A stretch of 64,000 bases of DNA from Candidatus Nanopelagicales bacterium (GTDB lineage Bacteria > Actinomycetota > Actinomycetes > S36-B12 > JBBQYX01), in the NCBI GenBank assembly GCA_038208295.1, contig JBBQYX010000001.1:85001-149000 (forward strand). The letters run 5' to 3'. Both the position numbers and the translations under genes were made by a program. This document shows positions 31,066 to 41,595 of the stretch, in pieces. The notes under the pieces are model-generated. The model was not told the origin of the DNA. It searched no databases and was given only the letters and a program-made list of their open reading frames with translations. The first letter of the stretch is position 1; every line of letters begins with the position of its first letter.

Positions 31066-31337
31066 GAGGCGCCGACCCAACGGCCACAGCAACGATCGCC
31101 GCCAACCCCGCAGCCGCGCCTGACCCCGGGCGTCGCGATTGCACGACGACTGTGGTCCCCGTCCCGCCCTCGTCGCGTTGCCCGCTGCACCCGGTGTACC
31201 GGGTCGGGGCCTCCGTGCGGCCCCGTCACGCCGCCATTACGCTGTGTCCCGTGCGGGGCGCACCAGCCCCGTCCGACCGGCGCGCCGTTACATGGGGAGC
31301 GCACGCCGGCCTGGCGAATCCTCCACGGAGGCAAGTC

Positions 31338-31730
31338 GTGGCGTCGGCTCCAGCCGGGACTCTCTACCGCGGCCGCGAAGGCATGTGGTCCTGGGTCGCC
31401 CACCGGATCACGGGTGTGGCGGTCTTCTTCTTCCTGCTCGTGCACGTTCTCGACACCGCGTTGGTACGGGTTTCGCCGGACGCCTACGACCGCGTCATCG
31501 CCTCGTACAAGACGCCGATCATCAACCTCATGGAGGTCGGCCTGGTCGGCGCGGTGCTCTTCCACGCATTTAACGGGCTGCGCGTCATCCTCATCGACTT
31601 CTGGGCCAAGGGCACGAAATACCAGCGCGTGATGCTCTGGGCCCTCGTTGGCGTCTGGCTTGTGATCATGATTCCGGGGACGTACTTCATGTTGCGGCAC
31701 ACCGTGACGGCATTGTTCGGGAGCGCGTGA
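31338..31730 (+). CDS. sdhC: Succinate dehydrogenase cytochrome b subunit
   Basis: LYRGREGMWSWVAHRITG, FHAFNGLR; SD ggagg. Confidence 0.95.
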   Translation: MASAPAGTLYRGREGMWSWVAHRITGVAVFFFLLVHVLDTALVRVSPDAYDRVIASYKTPIINLMEVGLVGAVLFHAFNGLRVILIDFWAKGTKYQRVMLWALVGVWLVIMIPGTYFMLRHTVTALFGSA

Positions 31731-32164
31731 TGAGCATCGTCGACAAGGATTTCGGTGACGGTGGTTCAATCGAGCTGGCCGCACCCCGCACGCCCACCCG
31801 GTCGGGGCAGCGCACCAACTACGAGTTGTACTCCTGGCTGTTCATGCGGATCTCCGGCATCGTGCTGGTGTTCCTGGTCTTGGGTCACCTGTTGATCCAG
31901 AACATCCTCGACGGCGGCGTGCAGCGCATCAACTTCGCCTTTGTTGCCGGCCGCTGGTCCTCACCGTTCTGGCAGGTCTGGGACCTGCTGATGCTCTGGC
32001 TGGCGATGCTGCACGGCAGCAACGGCCTGCGCGTGGTCATCAACGACTACGCCGAACGTGACTCCACCCGCTTCTGGCTGAAGACCCTGCTGTTCGTCGC
32101 GTCGGCGTTCACCGTCCTCCTCGGGACCCTGGTCGTCTTCACGTTCGACCCCAACCTCGGCTGA
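31730..32164 (+). CDS. sdhD: Succinate dehydrogenase membrane anchor
   Basis: WLFMRISG, LGHL, HGSNGLR. Confidence 0.93.
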   Translation: MSIVDKDFGDGGSIELAAPRTPTRSGQRTNYELYSWLFMRISGIVLVFLVLGHLLIQNILDGGVQRINFAFVAGRWSSPFWQVWDLLMLWLAMLHGSNGLRVVINDYAERDSTRFWLKTLLFVASAFTVLLGTLVVFTFDPNLG

Positions 32165-32179
32165 GGAGTGGCCCACACC

Positions 32180-33922
32180 ATGCAGATCCACAAGTACGAC
32201 GTCGTCATCGTCGGCGCCGGGGGCGCCGGTATGCGCGCCGCGCTGGAGTCCGGCAGCAGAGCCCGTACGGCGGTCCTCACCAAGCTCTATCCCACCCGCT
32301 CGCACACCGGTGCGGCGCAGGGCGGTATGTGCGCTGCGTTGGCCAACGTTGAGGACGACAACTGGGAGTGGCACACCTTCGACACGATCAAGGGTGGTGA
32401 CTACCTGGTCGACCAGGACGCCGCCGAGGTCATGTGCAAGGAGGCCATAGACGCGGTGCTGGACCTGGAGAAGATGGGTCTGCCCTTCAACCGGACGCCC
32501 GAGGGCCGGATCGACCAGCGGCGTTTCGGTGGCCACACTCGTAACCACGGTGAGGCAGCGGTGCGCCGGGCGTGCTACGCGGCCGACCGTACCGGCCACA
32601 TGATCCTGCAGACGCTGTACCAGAACTGCATCAAGGCCGGCATCGAGTTCTTCAACGAGTTTTACGTCCTGGACCTGTTGCTCACCGACGGCAAGGCCTC
32701 CGGTGTGGTGGCTCTGGAGCTGGCCACCGGCGAGGTGCAGGTCTTTCAGGCCAAGTCGATCGTCTTTGCCACCGGCGGTTTCGGCAAGGTCTACAAGACG
32801 ACGTCCAACGCGCACACGCTGACCGGCGACGGCATGAGCATCGTCTGGCGGACCGGGCTGCCGCTGGAGGACATGGAGTTTTACCAGTTCCACCCGACCG
32901 GCCTGGCCGGTCTCGGCGTGCTGCTCACCGAGGGCGCTCGAGGTGAGGGCGGCATCCTGCGCAACGCCTCGGGCGAGCGCTTCATGGAGCGCTATGCGCC
33001 GACCATCAAGGACCTGGCACCGCGGGACATGGTGGCCCGCGCGATGGTCCAAGAGGTGCGCGAGGGACGGGGCGCCGGCCCGAACAAGGACTACGTCTAT
33101 CTCGACCTGACCCACCTGCCGGCCGCACAGATCGAGGCGAAGCTCCCCGACATCACCGAGTTCTCCCGCACCTATCTCGGGGTCGACCCGATCACCGAAC
33201 TGGTGCCGGTGTTCCCCACCGCGCACTACGCGATGGGCGGTATCCCCACCAATATCAATACTGAGGTTCTGTCTGACAACACCTCAGTCGTACCAGGTCT
33301 GTACGCAGCCGGGGAGTGCGCGTGCGTCTCGGTGCACGGCGCCAACCGCTTGGGCACGAATTCGCTGCTGGACATCAATGTTTTCGGCCGCCGTGCGGGC
33401 GTCGCGGCCGCGGAATATGCCCAGACCGCCGAGTTCGTCGACCTGCCAGCGGATCCGGCCGGGCGGGTCATCTCCATGGTGGAGGGCCTGCGCTCGTCCA
33501 CCGGCGGAGAACGCGTGGCCACCCTGCGTCGGGAGATGCAGGAGACCATGGACTACAACGCGCAGGTCTACCGCACGGAAGCAACGTTGAAGCAGGCGCT
33601 CAGCGACGTCACCGAGTTGCGCCGGCGCTTTCGCAACGTGTCCATCCAGGACAAGAGCGGCCGTTTCAACACCGATCTGCTCGAAGCGGTTGAGCTCGGC
33701 TTCCTGCTTGATCTCGCCGAGGTTCTGGTCATCGGAGCGTTGGAGCGCAAGGAGTCCCGCGGCGGGCACGCGCGCGAGGACTACCAGACCCGCGACGACG
33801 TGAACTTCATGCGGCACACGATGGCTTACCGCGTCGAGAGTGCCGACGGGCAGACATCCGTACGCCTGGACTACAAGCCGGTGACCATAACCCGCTACCA
33901 GCCGATGGAGCGCAAGTACTGA
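32180..33922 (+). CDS. sdhA: Succinate dehydrogenase flavoprotein
   Basis: [16 protein letters not shown] (covalent FAD His), QFHPTG, HYAMGG, HGANRLG, ESRGGH. Confidence 0.97.
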   Translation: MQIHKYDVVIVGAGGAGMRAALESGSRARTAVLTKLYPTRSHTGAAQGGMCAALANVEDDNWEWHTFDTIKGGDYLVDQDAAEVMCKEAIDAVLDLEKMGLPFNRTPEGRIDQRRFGGHTRNHGEAAVRRACYAADRTGHMILQTLYQNCIKAGIEFFNEFYVLDLLLTDGKASGVVALELATGEVQVFQAKSIVFATGGFGKVYKTTSNAHTLTGDGMSIVWRTGLPLEDMEFYQFHPTGLAGLGVLLTEGARGEGGILRNASGERFMERYAPTIKDLAPRDMVARAMVQEVREGRGAGPNKDYVYLDLTHLPAAQIEAKLPDITEFSRTYLGVDPITELVPVFPTAHYAMGGIPTNINTEVLSDNTSVVPGLYAAGECACVSVHGANRLGTNSLLDINVFGRRAGVAAAEYAQTAEFVDLPADPAGRVISMVEGLRSSTGGERVATLRREMQETMDYNAQVYRTEATLKQALSDVTELRRRFRNVSIQDKSGRFNTDLLEAVELGFLLDLAEVLVIGALERKESRGGHAREDYQTRDDVNFMRHTMAYRVESADGQTSVRLDYKPVTITRYQPMERKY

Positions 33923-34683
33923 TGAGCAGCACCACGGTCGATGCCACCGCCGTCCCCGACACCCCGGCGCCGGTGGCGTTGGATGTCACGTTCCGGATCC
34001 GGCGCTATGACCCGGACGTCGACATCGAGCCGCACTGGGAGAATTTCGCGGTCTCGGTGTTCCGTACCGACCGGATCCTGGACGCTCTGCACAAGATCAA
34101 GTGGGAGCAGGACGGCACGCTGACCTTCCGCCGGTCTTGCGGGCACGGCATCTGCGGCTCGGACGCGATCCGAATCAACGGTCGTAACCGGTTGGCCTGC
34201 AAGACCCTCATCAAGGATCTCGACACCGGGAAACCAATCCTGATCGAGGCCATCAAGGGTCTCCCCCTGCAGAAGGACCTCGTCGTCGACATGGAGCCGT
34301 TCTTCGCGGCGTTCCGCGACGTCATGCCGTTCCTCATCACCACCGGCCACGAGCCGACCAAGGAGCGGATCCAGTCCGCCGAGGACCGGGCCATCTTCGA
34401 CGACACCACCAAGTGCATCCTGTGCGCCGCCTGCACGACGTCCTGTCCGGTGTTCTGGACGGACGGCCAATACTTCGGCCCGGCCGCGATCGTCAACGCG
34501 CACCGGTTCATCTTCGACAGCCGCGACGACGGTGCCGAGCAGCGCCTGGAGATCCTCAATGCCAAGGAGGGCGTATGGCGCTGCCGTACGACCTTCAACT
34601 GCACCGAGGCGTGCCCCCGCGGTATCGAGGTCACGAAGGCGATCGCCGAGGTGAAGCGGGCGTTGCTGTTCAGGCGCGTCTGA
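33922..34683 (+). CDS. sdhB: Succinate dehydrogenase iron-sulfur subunit
   Basis: SCGHGICGSD, CILCAACTTSCP, CRTTFNCTEACP. Confidence 0.97.
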   Translation: MSSTTVDATAVPDTPAPVALDVTFRIRRYDPDVDIEPHWENFAVSVFRTDRILDALHKIKWEQDGTLTFRRSCGHGICGSDAIRINGRNRLACKTLIKDLDTGKPILIEAIKGLPLQKDLVVDMEPFFAAFRDVMPFLITTGHEPTKERIQSAEDRAIFDDTTKCILCAACTTSCPVFWTDGQYFGPAAIVNAHRFIFDSRDDGAEQRLEILNAKEGVWRCRTTFNCTEACPRGIEVTKAIAEVKRALLFRRV

Positions 34684-34775
34684 GCGAGGAGGCGAGGGTT
34701 CGGCGTCGCCCAAGCGAGCGCAGCGAGTGCGTGTTGCCCGGATCTCGGTGTATCGCCGGTTACCCTGGTGCGGCC

Positions 34776-36065
34776 ATGAACGCACCTTCCCCTGCGCCCG
34801 GTCGTCGGCGTGTCGTGCTCGCTGCAGTCTCGGCCCTGCTGGCGTCCGCAGTGGCCCTCACGCCTGTTGGGGCCTCGGCTGAGACGATTCCTGGACCGCC
34901 GGCACGCCCGGGCCAGGAGCCCGTCGGCGGCCCGCTGCTGGCCCGTACCGGCGTGATCCTGCATCCGTTGCAGCCGGCGGGGGTGACACCGCCGCCGGTC
35001 GCCGCCGACTCCTGGCTGGTCGCCGATGTGGGGACCGGACAGGTCCTGGCCGCTAAGGACCCACACGGCCGGTTTCGCCCGGCCTCCACGCTGAAGACAC
35101 TCACGGCGTTGTCGCTGATGCCGCGGCTGGACCCGGCGAAGGTTTATCGGGCAACGGATGCGGACGCCCGGGCCGACGGCGGCCACGTGGGCATCGTGCC
35201 CGGGGCGAGCTACACCGTGAACGACCTGTGGCACGGCCTGCTGCTGCCCTCAGGCAACGACGCGGCCAGCGCGCTGGCAAACGCCTACGGCGGATTCCCC
35301 AAGACGATCGCCCTGTTGAACGCCGAAGCGCTGCGGCTGCAAGCTTTCGACACCGTGGCCCGTACCCCCAGCGGCCTGGATGCCGACGGGCAGTGGTCCT
35401 CGGCCTACGACCTCGCATTGATTGCCCGGCAGACGCTGGCGATGCCGGAGTTTGTGACCGTGTCGGGGTCGTTGAGCTACGACTTCCCCGGGAAGATGCC
35501 GGCGAAGGCCGGCCAGAAGCGACCGACGTTCAAGATCTTTGGCCAGAACAGGCTGCTCAAGCACGGCTTCGCGGGCACGATCGCCGGCAAGACCGGTTAC
35601 ACCACGCAGGCCCGGCGCACCTTCTGGGTGGCCGTGTCGCGAGGGGGCACCACCCTGGTGGCCACCCTGATGCGGATCGGGGAGCCCACCGAGGCGGCCG
35701 CGGAGAAGCTCATCACCTGGGGTTTCGCCAACGCCGCCAAGGTGCGCCCGGTGGGCACCCTGGTCGACCCGGTCGACCCCGATGCGTCAAACGCTTCCGG
35801 CCCGGCTGCAGATCCTTTCACCGGGCAGGTGGATGTCGAAGGCAACGCCGGCGGCGGCCCGGACGAGACGCCTAGGGTGGTCGCCGGCGGTCCGAACGCG
35901 GCAACCGGGGGATCGGTGCCCGTTGGGGCACTGGTCGTCGGGCTCGGCGGCGCCGTCGTCGTGGCCGGTGGAGCGCTGCTGTTCGTACGCCGCCCGCGCC
36001 GGCGTCAAGACGGTCTCCAGGCGCTTGGGGCCGCGCTGGGCAGGAACGACGCCCCGACATCCTGA
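34776..36065 (+). CDS. D-alanyl-D-alanine carboxypeptidase (peptidase S11), membrane anchored
   Basis: SxxK (ASTLK), SxN (SGND), KTG; signal peptide and C-terminal TM followed by RRPRRR. Confidence 0.9.
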   Translation: MNAPSPAPGRRRVVLAAVSALLASAVALTPVGASAETIPGPPARPGQEPVGGPLLARTGVILHPLQPAGVTPPPVAADSWLVADVGTGQVLAAKDPHGRFRPASTLKTLTALSLMPRLDPAKVYRATDADARADGGHVGIVPGASYTVNDLWHGLLLPSGNDAASALANAYGGFPKTIALLNAEALRLQAFDTVARTPSGLDADGQWSSAYDLALIARQTLAMPEFVTVSGSLSYDFPGKMPAKAGQKRPTFKIFGQNRLLKHGFAGTIAGKTGYTTQARRTFWVAVSRGGTTLVATLMRIGEPTEAAAEKLITWGFANAAKVRPVGTLVDPVDPDASNASGPAADPFTGQVDVEGNAGGGPDETPRVVAGGPNAATGGSVPVGALVVGLGGAVVVAGGALLFVRRPRRRQDGLQALGAALGRNDAPTS

Positions 36066-36084
36066 CCTGACAGCAGCGGCAGTA

Positions 36085-37101
36085 TCAGCGGAACCCGATG
36101 CGCGAGTGGACGGCGGCCAGGGTTTCGCCAGCGACCTCCCGAGCGCGCTCTGCGCCGCGTGCCATCAGCCGGTCAAGTTCGGCGGGGTCGCCCAGCAGCG
36201 CGCGAGTCCGCTCCTGGAACGGGACCACGAAGGCGAGCACCGCCTCGGCCACGTCCTTCTTCAAGGCGCCATACAGCTGACCGTCGTACGAGCCGACCAG
36301 GGCCGGGACGGGAGTGCCGGTGAAGGCCGCCAGGATCGTCAGCAGATTCGTCACGCCCGGCTGATTCACCGGATCGTCGGCGATCCGACCGAGGCTATCG
36401 GTGACCGCGCTCTTGATGCGCTTCTCCAGCGTCTTCGGCAGGTCCATGAGTGCCACGTTCCCGGCTGGCACGGACTTGCTCATTTTGGCGGTCGGATCCT
36501 GCAAATCCAGAATCTTCCCGGTGGCCTTAATGATGTGTGCCTGCGGCTCAACAAACGTCGTCCCGTAACGGCTGTTGAAACGGCGGGCCAGGTCGCGGCT
36601 CAGTTCCAGATGTTGGCGTTGGTCCTCCCCGACGGGCACCTGCTGCGCCTGGTAGAGCAGAATATCCGCGGCCTGCAGCACCGGATAGGTGAACAGTCCC
36701 AACGAGATCGAGCTGCCGGCGGACTCCGCTCGGGCGGACTTGTCCTTGAACTGCGTCATCCGGGCCGCTTCGCCATATGCGGTGACACAATTAAGCACCC
36801 AGGCGAGTTGGGCATGTTCCGCAACGTCGCTTTGCACGAACACGGTGCACTGGTTCAGATCGAGCCCGGCGGCCAGCAGCTGCGCGAACGACGCCCGAGT
36901 GTAGGACCGCAGGGCCGCCGCGTTCTGCTCGGCGATCAGGGCGTGCAGGTCGACCACGCAGTAGAACGCGTCGTGGGTGGCCTGCAGGTCGACCCAGTGC
37001 CGAACGGCGCCCAGGTAGTTGCCGAGTTGAAAGGACTCGGCGGTCGGCTGGATACCGGAGAAGACCCGGGGCCGGGTCGGGGTGTCTGTTCCGTCGGGCA
37101 T
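36085..37101 (-). CDS. trpS: Tryptophanyl-tRNA synthetase
   Basis: [40 protein letters not shown] -10 lies 7 nt before ATG 37101. Confidence 0.96.
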   Translation of the reverse strand: MPDGTDTPTRPRVFSGIQPTAESFQLGNYLGAVRHWVDLQATHDAFYCVVDLHALIAEQNAAALRSYTRASFAQLLAAGLDLNQCTVFVQSDVAEHAQLAWVLNCVTAYGEAARMTQFKDKSARAESAGSSISLGLFTYPVLQAADILLYQAQQVPVGEDQRQHLELSRDLARRFNSRYGTTFVEPQAHIIKATGKILDLQDPTAKMSKSVPAGNVALMDLPKTLEKRIKSAVTDSLGRIADDPVNQPGVTNLLTILAAFTGTPVPALVGSYDGQLYGALKKDVAEAVLAFVVPFQERTRALLGDPAELDRLMARGAERAREVAGETLAAVHSRIGFR

Positions 37102-37143
37102 GGGCGGCATTCTCTCATCCAGCGCAGCGCGCCTCGGCGTCGC

Positions 37144-38472
37144 TCACGCCTGGTGGGGCGCGGGTGCGTCTTCACCCGAACCGGTCTCGGGTTCGGGCAG
37201 TTTGCGTACGCGCAGCCGGGAGATTCGTCGACCATCGAGCTCGGTCACGCTGATCTGGAACCCGTCGTACTCGACCGCCGAGCCGATTGCGGGCAGGTCT
37301 CCCAATGCGGTCACGACATACCCAGCGACGGTCTCGTACGGGCCGTCGGGAAGCTCCAGGCCGATCTCCTCGGCGAAATCCTCCAGGTTCAGCAGACCGT
37401 CGACGTCGACCTCGCCGGTCAGCGTGCGCCGGGCCTCGGGCTCCTCGACGTCGTACTCGTCGCGGATGTCCCCGATGAGTTCCTCGACGAGATCCTCCAG
37501 CGTCACTATGCCGGCGGTGCCGCCGTACTCGTCGACCACGATGGCCAGGTGGTTCCCGGTGCGCCGCATCTCGCTCAGCGCCGGGATCACCTGCTTGCTG
37601 CCCGGCAGCAGGATCACGTCGCGGGCCAGGTCACCCAACCGGATCGAACGGTCCACCACCGCGGGGTCCAGAATGTCCCGGACGTGGACGAACCCGACGA
37701 CGTCGTCAGCGGAATCCCGGATGACGGGGTAGCGCGAGTGCGGTTGTCCGGAGACCGTACGGGCGGCCCGGAATACCGGGGTCTCCGCGTCCAGGAACTC
37801 GACCTCCGTACGGGGCACCATCACCTCGCGCAATTGCCGCTCGCCGGCCTCGAACACGTCGTCGATGAGTTCGCGCTCCTCGTCGGACAGTTCGGCGTGC
37901 GAGGCCACCATCCCGCGCAGCTCCTCACCGCTGATCGATTCGCGGCCGACCGTCGGGTCGCCGCCGAAGACCCGGACGAGAACATCGGTGGATTTGGACA
38001 GCAGCCAGATGAACGGCCGGAACAGCGACGCGATGCGGTCCACGAAGCCTGCCACGAACAGCGCGAAGGCCTCCGCCCGTTGCAGCGCGAGGCGCTTGGG
38101 CACCAGTTCGCCGGCGACCAGCGAGACGTAGGCGATCATCAGCGTGACCAGGACAAATGTGAACGTCTCCGAGGCGCCGGCCGGGAAGCCGAGGTCGGTC
38201 AACCGCGGCGAGAGGATCGGCACGATCTGCGAGGCACCGAAACCCGCCGATAGGAATCCGGCCAGGGTCACGCCCACCTGGGCCGCGGCCAGGAACCGGT
38301 TGGGCTCGCGCATCAGCTGCTGCAGCTGCTGTCCCCGGCGCCCGGCGGTCTCGGCCAGCCGGCTCACCTGACTGTCCCGCAACGACACCAACGCCGTCTC
38401 GGTTGCGGCGAAGAAGCCGCCGATCAGAGTGAACACGAGGATCACGATCACGATCGTGCCCAGCTCGCCCAC
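37144..38472 (-). CDS. Hemolysin-family CNNM/CBS/CorC membrane protein
   Basis: FFAATETALVS, GELVPK, VMVPR, HSRYPV, VVDEYGGTAGIVTLEDLVEE. TATCCT lies 6 nt before GTG. Confidence 0.92.
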   Translation of the reverse strand: MGELGTIVIVILVFTLIGGFFAATETALVSLRDSQVSRLAETAGRRGQQLQQLMREPNRFLAAAQVGVTLAGFLSAGFGASQIVPILSPRLTDLGFPAGASETFTFVLVTLMIAYVSLVAGELVPKRLALQRAEAFALFVAGFVDRIASLFRPFIWLLSKSTDVLVRVFGGDPTVGRESISGEELRGMVASHAELSDEERELIDDVFEAGERQLREVMVPRTEVEFLDAETPVFRAARTVSGQPHSRYPVIRDSADDVVGFVHVRDILDPAVVDRSIRLGDLARDVILLPGSKQVIPALSEMRRTGNHLAIVVDEYGGTAGIVTLEDLVEELIGDIRDEYDVEEPEARRTLTGEVDVDGLLNLEDFAEEIGLELPDGPYETVAGYVVTALGDLPAIGSAVEYDGFQISVTELDGRRISRLRVRKLPEPETGSGEDAPAPHQA

Positions 38473-38493
38473 CGGCACAGGATAGGGGCCCGA

Positions 38494-39306
38494 TCAGTCG
38501 AAGGTCACCGTGAGCGGGGCGTGGTCGCTCCACCGTTGGGCGTACGTGGCCGCCTTGCCGACCACGGCACTGCGGGCGCGCTCGGCCAGATCGGGGGTAG
38601 CGAGCTGGTAGTCGATCCGCCAGCCGCCGTCGGTGTCGAAGCCGCGGCCGCGCCAGGACCACCAGGTGTACGGGCCCGGACCATCGCCGCCGAGGCGACG
38701 GCCCAGATCCACCCAGCCGTGCTCGTCGAACCAGCGGTCAAGGTAGGCGCGTTCGACGGGCAGGAAGCCCGCCCGGGTCCGGTTTGGGCGCCAATTTTTG
38801 ATGTCCACCTCACGATGCGCGACGTTGAGGTCGCCGCACACCAGCGCCGGCCCTCCCCCCGCCGCCGTTTCGGCACCCAGGTCGACGAGTCGGGCCTCGA
38901 CCGCATCGAGGAAGCGCATCTTCTGAGCCTGCCGGCCGGTGCCGGCCTCCCCGGTGTGGGCGTACGCCGACGCGATCCGGACCGGGCCCGCGGGGAGCTC
39001 CACGGTCGCCTCCACCCACCGGCCATCCGCGACGAACTCCGCCGGCCCGGGACCGATCCGGACGTCCCGCAATGGGTACCGCGACACGATGGCCACCCCG
39101 GCTCGGCCGGCGACCGCGCCTTCGGTGTGCGCGACATGCGAGTCACCCCGGTCCGCGGCCCCGAGTTCGGCGTCCAGCACCGCGTCGTCGGCCCGGACCT
39201 CCTGCAGGCACCACACGTCCGCGCCGCAGTCGGCCAGCCAGGCCACTCCCCCGCGCCGACCCGCCGCCCGGATGCCATTGACGTTGGCCGTCACCACGCT
39301 GAACAC
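38494..39306 (-). CDS. xth: Exodeoxyribonuclease III
   Basis: ANVNGIRAA, CLQE, GDLNVAH, YTWWSWRG, WRIDY, SDHAP. TAGGGT lies 7 nt before GTG. Confidence 0.93.
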   Translation of the reverse strand: MFSVVTANVNGIRAAGRRGGVAWLADCGADVWCLQEVRADDAVLDAELGAADRGDSHVAHTEGAVAGRAGVAIVSRYPLRDVRIGPGPAEFVADGRWVEATVELPAGPVRIASAYAHTGEAGTGRQAQKMRFLDAVEARLVDLGAETAAGGGPALVCGDLNVAHREVDIKNWRPNRTRAGFLPVERAYLDRWFDEHGWVDLGRRLGGDGPGPYTWWSWRGRGFDTDGGWRIDYQLATPDLAERARSAVVGKAATYAQRWSDHAPLTVTFD

Positions 39307-39428
39307 GGCCGAAACCCTATGGCCGTTCGGCCCCATGGGGTCGCTGACGGCCGTTCGAAGTCGCGGCCTCTGCCGTCGGCGATGTTCGCCTGCCGTCAGC
39401 GATGTCCAGTCTCTTCGGTGGTGATGGA

Positions 39429-40577
39429 ATGACGGACGTGTCGAGGCCGATCAGTCGCCGAGGTGTCCTCGTTGCCACGGTCACGCCGCTGGCGTCGATC
39501 TTCGGATCGGGCTTCCTCATCATTGTTCCGGTGCTCGAACGCACGCTTGGTTCGCTGTCCGTGCTGGGTGCCGCGGCGGTGTGCGCGCTGGCCTGGTTCG
39601 CCGGCACGGCGACCCGTCATTGCGTACGGGAGGTGGAGCCGCTACTCGACGCGGGCACCCTCGACCCCGGCACGCGGCGCCTGGATCGCGCCGCCGATGC
39701 GGTCATCGTGGTGGCTTACGTCATCTCGGTCGCGCTGTACCTGCGCATCCTGGCGCAGTATCTGTTTCGGTTCGTCGGGGAGGGTTCGCCGGTCGGTGAG
39801 CGGGTGCTCGCCTGCCTGATCGTGGCTGTGATCGTCGGCATCGGCATCAGGCGCGGCTTCCATGGTCTCGACGTGCTGGAACGGGTCGCGTTGGTTGCCG
39901 TGCTCGTGATCGTCATCGTGCTCATCGTGGTACTGCTCGTCGGCAACGTCCAGGCGTGGAGAGCCGGCGACTTGTCGCTGCCTCCCGGTCCGCCCATCGG
40001 CGTAGGACAGGCCTTGCTGATTCTGGGCGGCGTCGTCATCACGGTGCAGGGCTTCGAAACAGTGCGGTACCTAGGTGACCAGTACGACGCCCGCACCCGC
40101 GTGTGGGCCTCTCGGATCGCGCAGCTGGCAGCGACTCTGGTTTACCTGGCGCTGGCGGCCGTGGCCACCCCGGTCATGGGTCTGGGCAGCGACGCCGGCG
40201 CCGATACGACGCTGCTGGAGATCATCCGTCGGGTGGCTCCACTGCTCGCCCTGCCGCTGGTGACCGTCGCGGTGCTGAGCCAATTCAGCGCCGCCACCGC
40301 GGACACCGTCGCCGCCGACGGGAACCTGCGCGGCCTGTCCGACTGGATGCAGGGCGCCCGGCCATACCTGGTCAGCGGTGTCGCAGCGATCGCGCTCGCC
40401 GCCACCGTCGCGACGTTCACCATCGTTGCGGTTGCCTCACGGGCGTTCGCCGCCTACTACGCCATCGAAGCAATCATTGCGCTCCGCACCACCACCGGCT
40501 TCGCCCGGAAGTTCGGCTACGGCACGCTGGCCGTGATAATGGCAGCCATCACGCTACTGGCCCAACCCGCCGGATAG
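39429..40577 (+). CDS. APC-superfamily-like membrane transporter
   Basis: About 11 hydrophobic segments; TM1 ASIFGSGF and TM6 QGFET motifs. Confidence 0.65.
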   Translation: MTDVSRPISRRGVLVATVTPLASIFGSGFLIIVPVLERTLGSLSVLGAAAVCALAWFAGTATRHCVREVEPLLDAGTLDPGTRRLDRAADAVIVVAYVISVALYLRILAQYLFRFVGEGSPVGERVLACLIVAVIVGIGIRRGFHGLDVLERVALVAVLVIVIVLIVVLLVGNVQAWRAGDLSLPPGPPIGVGQALLILGGVVITVQGFETVRYLGDQYDARTRVWASRIAQLAATLVYLALAAVATPVMGLGSDAGADTTLLEIIRRVAPLLALPLVTVAVLSQFSAATADTVAADGNLRGLSDWMQGARPYLVSGVAAIALAATVATFTIVAVASRAFAAYYAIEAIIALRTTTGFARKFGYGTLAVIMAAITLLAQPAG

Positions 40578-40595
40578 CACCCGATGAGCCGACCG

Positions 40596-40645
40596 TTCCA
40601 TAGTTCGCTCCGGTGGAGACTTCCATAGTTCGCTCCGGTGGAGAC
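40596..40645. repeat. Perfect 25-bp tandem duplication
   Basis: ttccatagttcgctccggtggagac x2 with no spacer. Confidence 0.95.
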
Positions 40646-40665
40646 CGGCCATCTGCACGCAGGCG

Positions 40666-41595
40666 TCAGCCCTTGGTGGCGCCCATCGTCAGACCGCCGA
40701 CGAACTGCTTGCGCAGCAGGAAGAAGATCAGCATCGTCGGGACGGCGGCCATCAACGAGCCGGCGGCGAGCAGGTTGTTGTCGGTGAAGAACTGGCCCTT
40801 GAGATTGTTCAACGCGGCGGTGATCGGACGTTTCTCGCCAGTGCTCATCAGCACCAGCGCCCAGAGGAAGTCGTTGTAGATCCAGGTGGTCATGAGCACA
40901 CCCAGGGCCGCCAGCGGCGTACGGCACAACGGCAGGATGACGCGGCTGTACTGCTTCCACACCGATGCCCCGTCGACCTGCGCCGCCTCGGTCAGTTCCT
41001 GCGGGATGGCCTTCATAAAGTTGCTCAGTACGAAGGTCGCGAACCCCATCTGGAAGGCGATGTGGATGGCGACCACACCCCAGTAGGAGTCGTACCAGAT
41101 GCCCTTGTCGTTCAGGAAGCCCGGCAGCGGAAGCCACAGATACATCCGGTACAACGGCACCAGGATGATCTGCGGCGGCAGCAGGTTGCCGGCCGTGAAC
41201 AGCACCAGCAGAGCCAGGTTGAACTTGAACGAGAAGCGGGTCACCGCAAACGCGACCAGGGTGGCCAGGAACAACGTGATGACCACAGCCGGGATTGTGA
41301 TGATGGCCGAGTTCAGCGCGTACCGAACGAAGTCGGCCTGCTGCCACGCTTTGATGTAGTTATCGAAGTTCAGGCGCTGCGGCCAACTGACGTAGCCGGC
41401 CAGCGCGGTGTCCTCGTACGGCCGCAGCGAGGTGTACACCGCCCACAGCACCGGAAGCAGCCACAGCACCGAGAGGATTGACAAGATCGCATAAGCGATG
41501 ATGTGCCGACGCTTGTGCCGATTCGGTGCGACGGTCGCCGCCTCGGTTCGGCCCCGGGCGACCGGTGGCGCCCCGGCACTGGCGTGGGCGCTCAC
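40666..41595 (-). CDS. Carbohydrate ABC transporter permease (MalG-like)
   Basis: EAA loop ELTEAAQVDGAS; YNDFLWA; KQFVGGLTMGATKG. Confidence 0.92.
   Translation of the reverse strand: MSAHASAGAPPVARGRTEAATVAPNRHKRRHIIAYAILSILSVLWLLPVLWAVYTSLRPYEDTALAGYVSWPQRLNFDNYIKAWQQADFVRYALNSAIITIPAVVITLFLATLVAFAVTRFSFKFNLALLVLFTAGNLLPPQIILVPLYRMYLWLPLPGFLNDKGIWYDSYWGVVAIHIAFQMGFATFVLSNFMKAIPQELTEAAQVDGASVWKQYSRVILPLCRTPLAALGVLMTTWIYNDFLWALVLMSTGEKRPITAALNNLKGQFFTDNNLLAAGSLMAAVPTMLIFFLLRKQFVGGLTMGATKG

Noticed and set aside
35782-38253. 823-aa plus-strand ORF, and similar long ORFs at 11909-13837, 44006-46138, 26798-28294 and 51358-52767
   Set aside because: These are antisense shadows of well-supported genes, expected from high-GC codon bias; they carry no recognisable motifs.
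40596-40645. 25-bp direct repeat as a mini CRISPR array
   Set aside because: Only two copies with no spacer, and no cas genes in the window.
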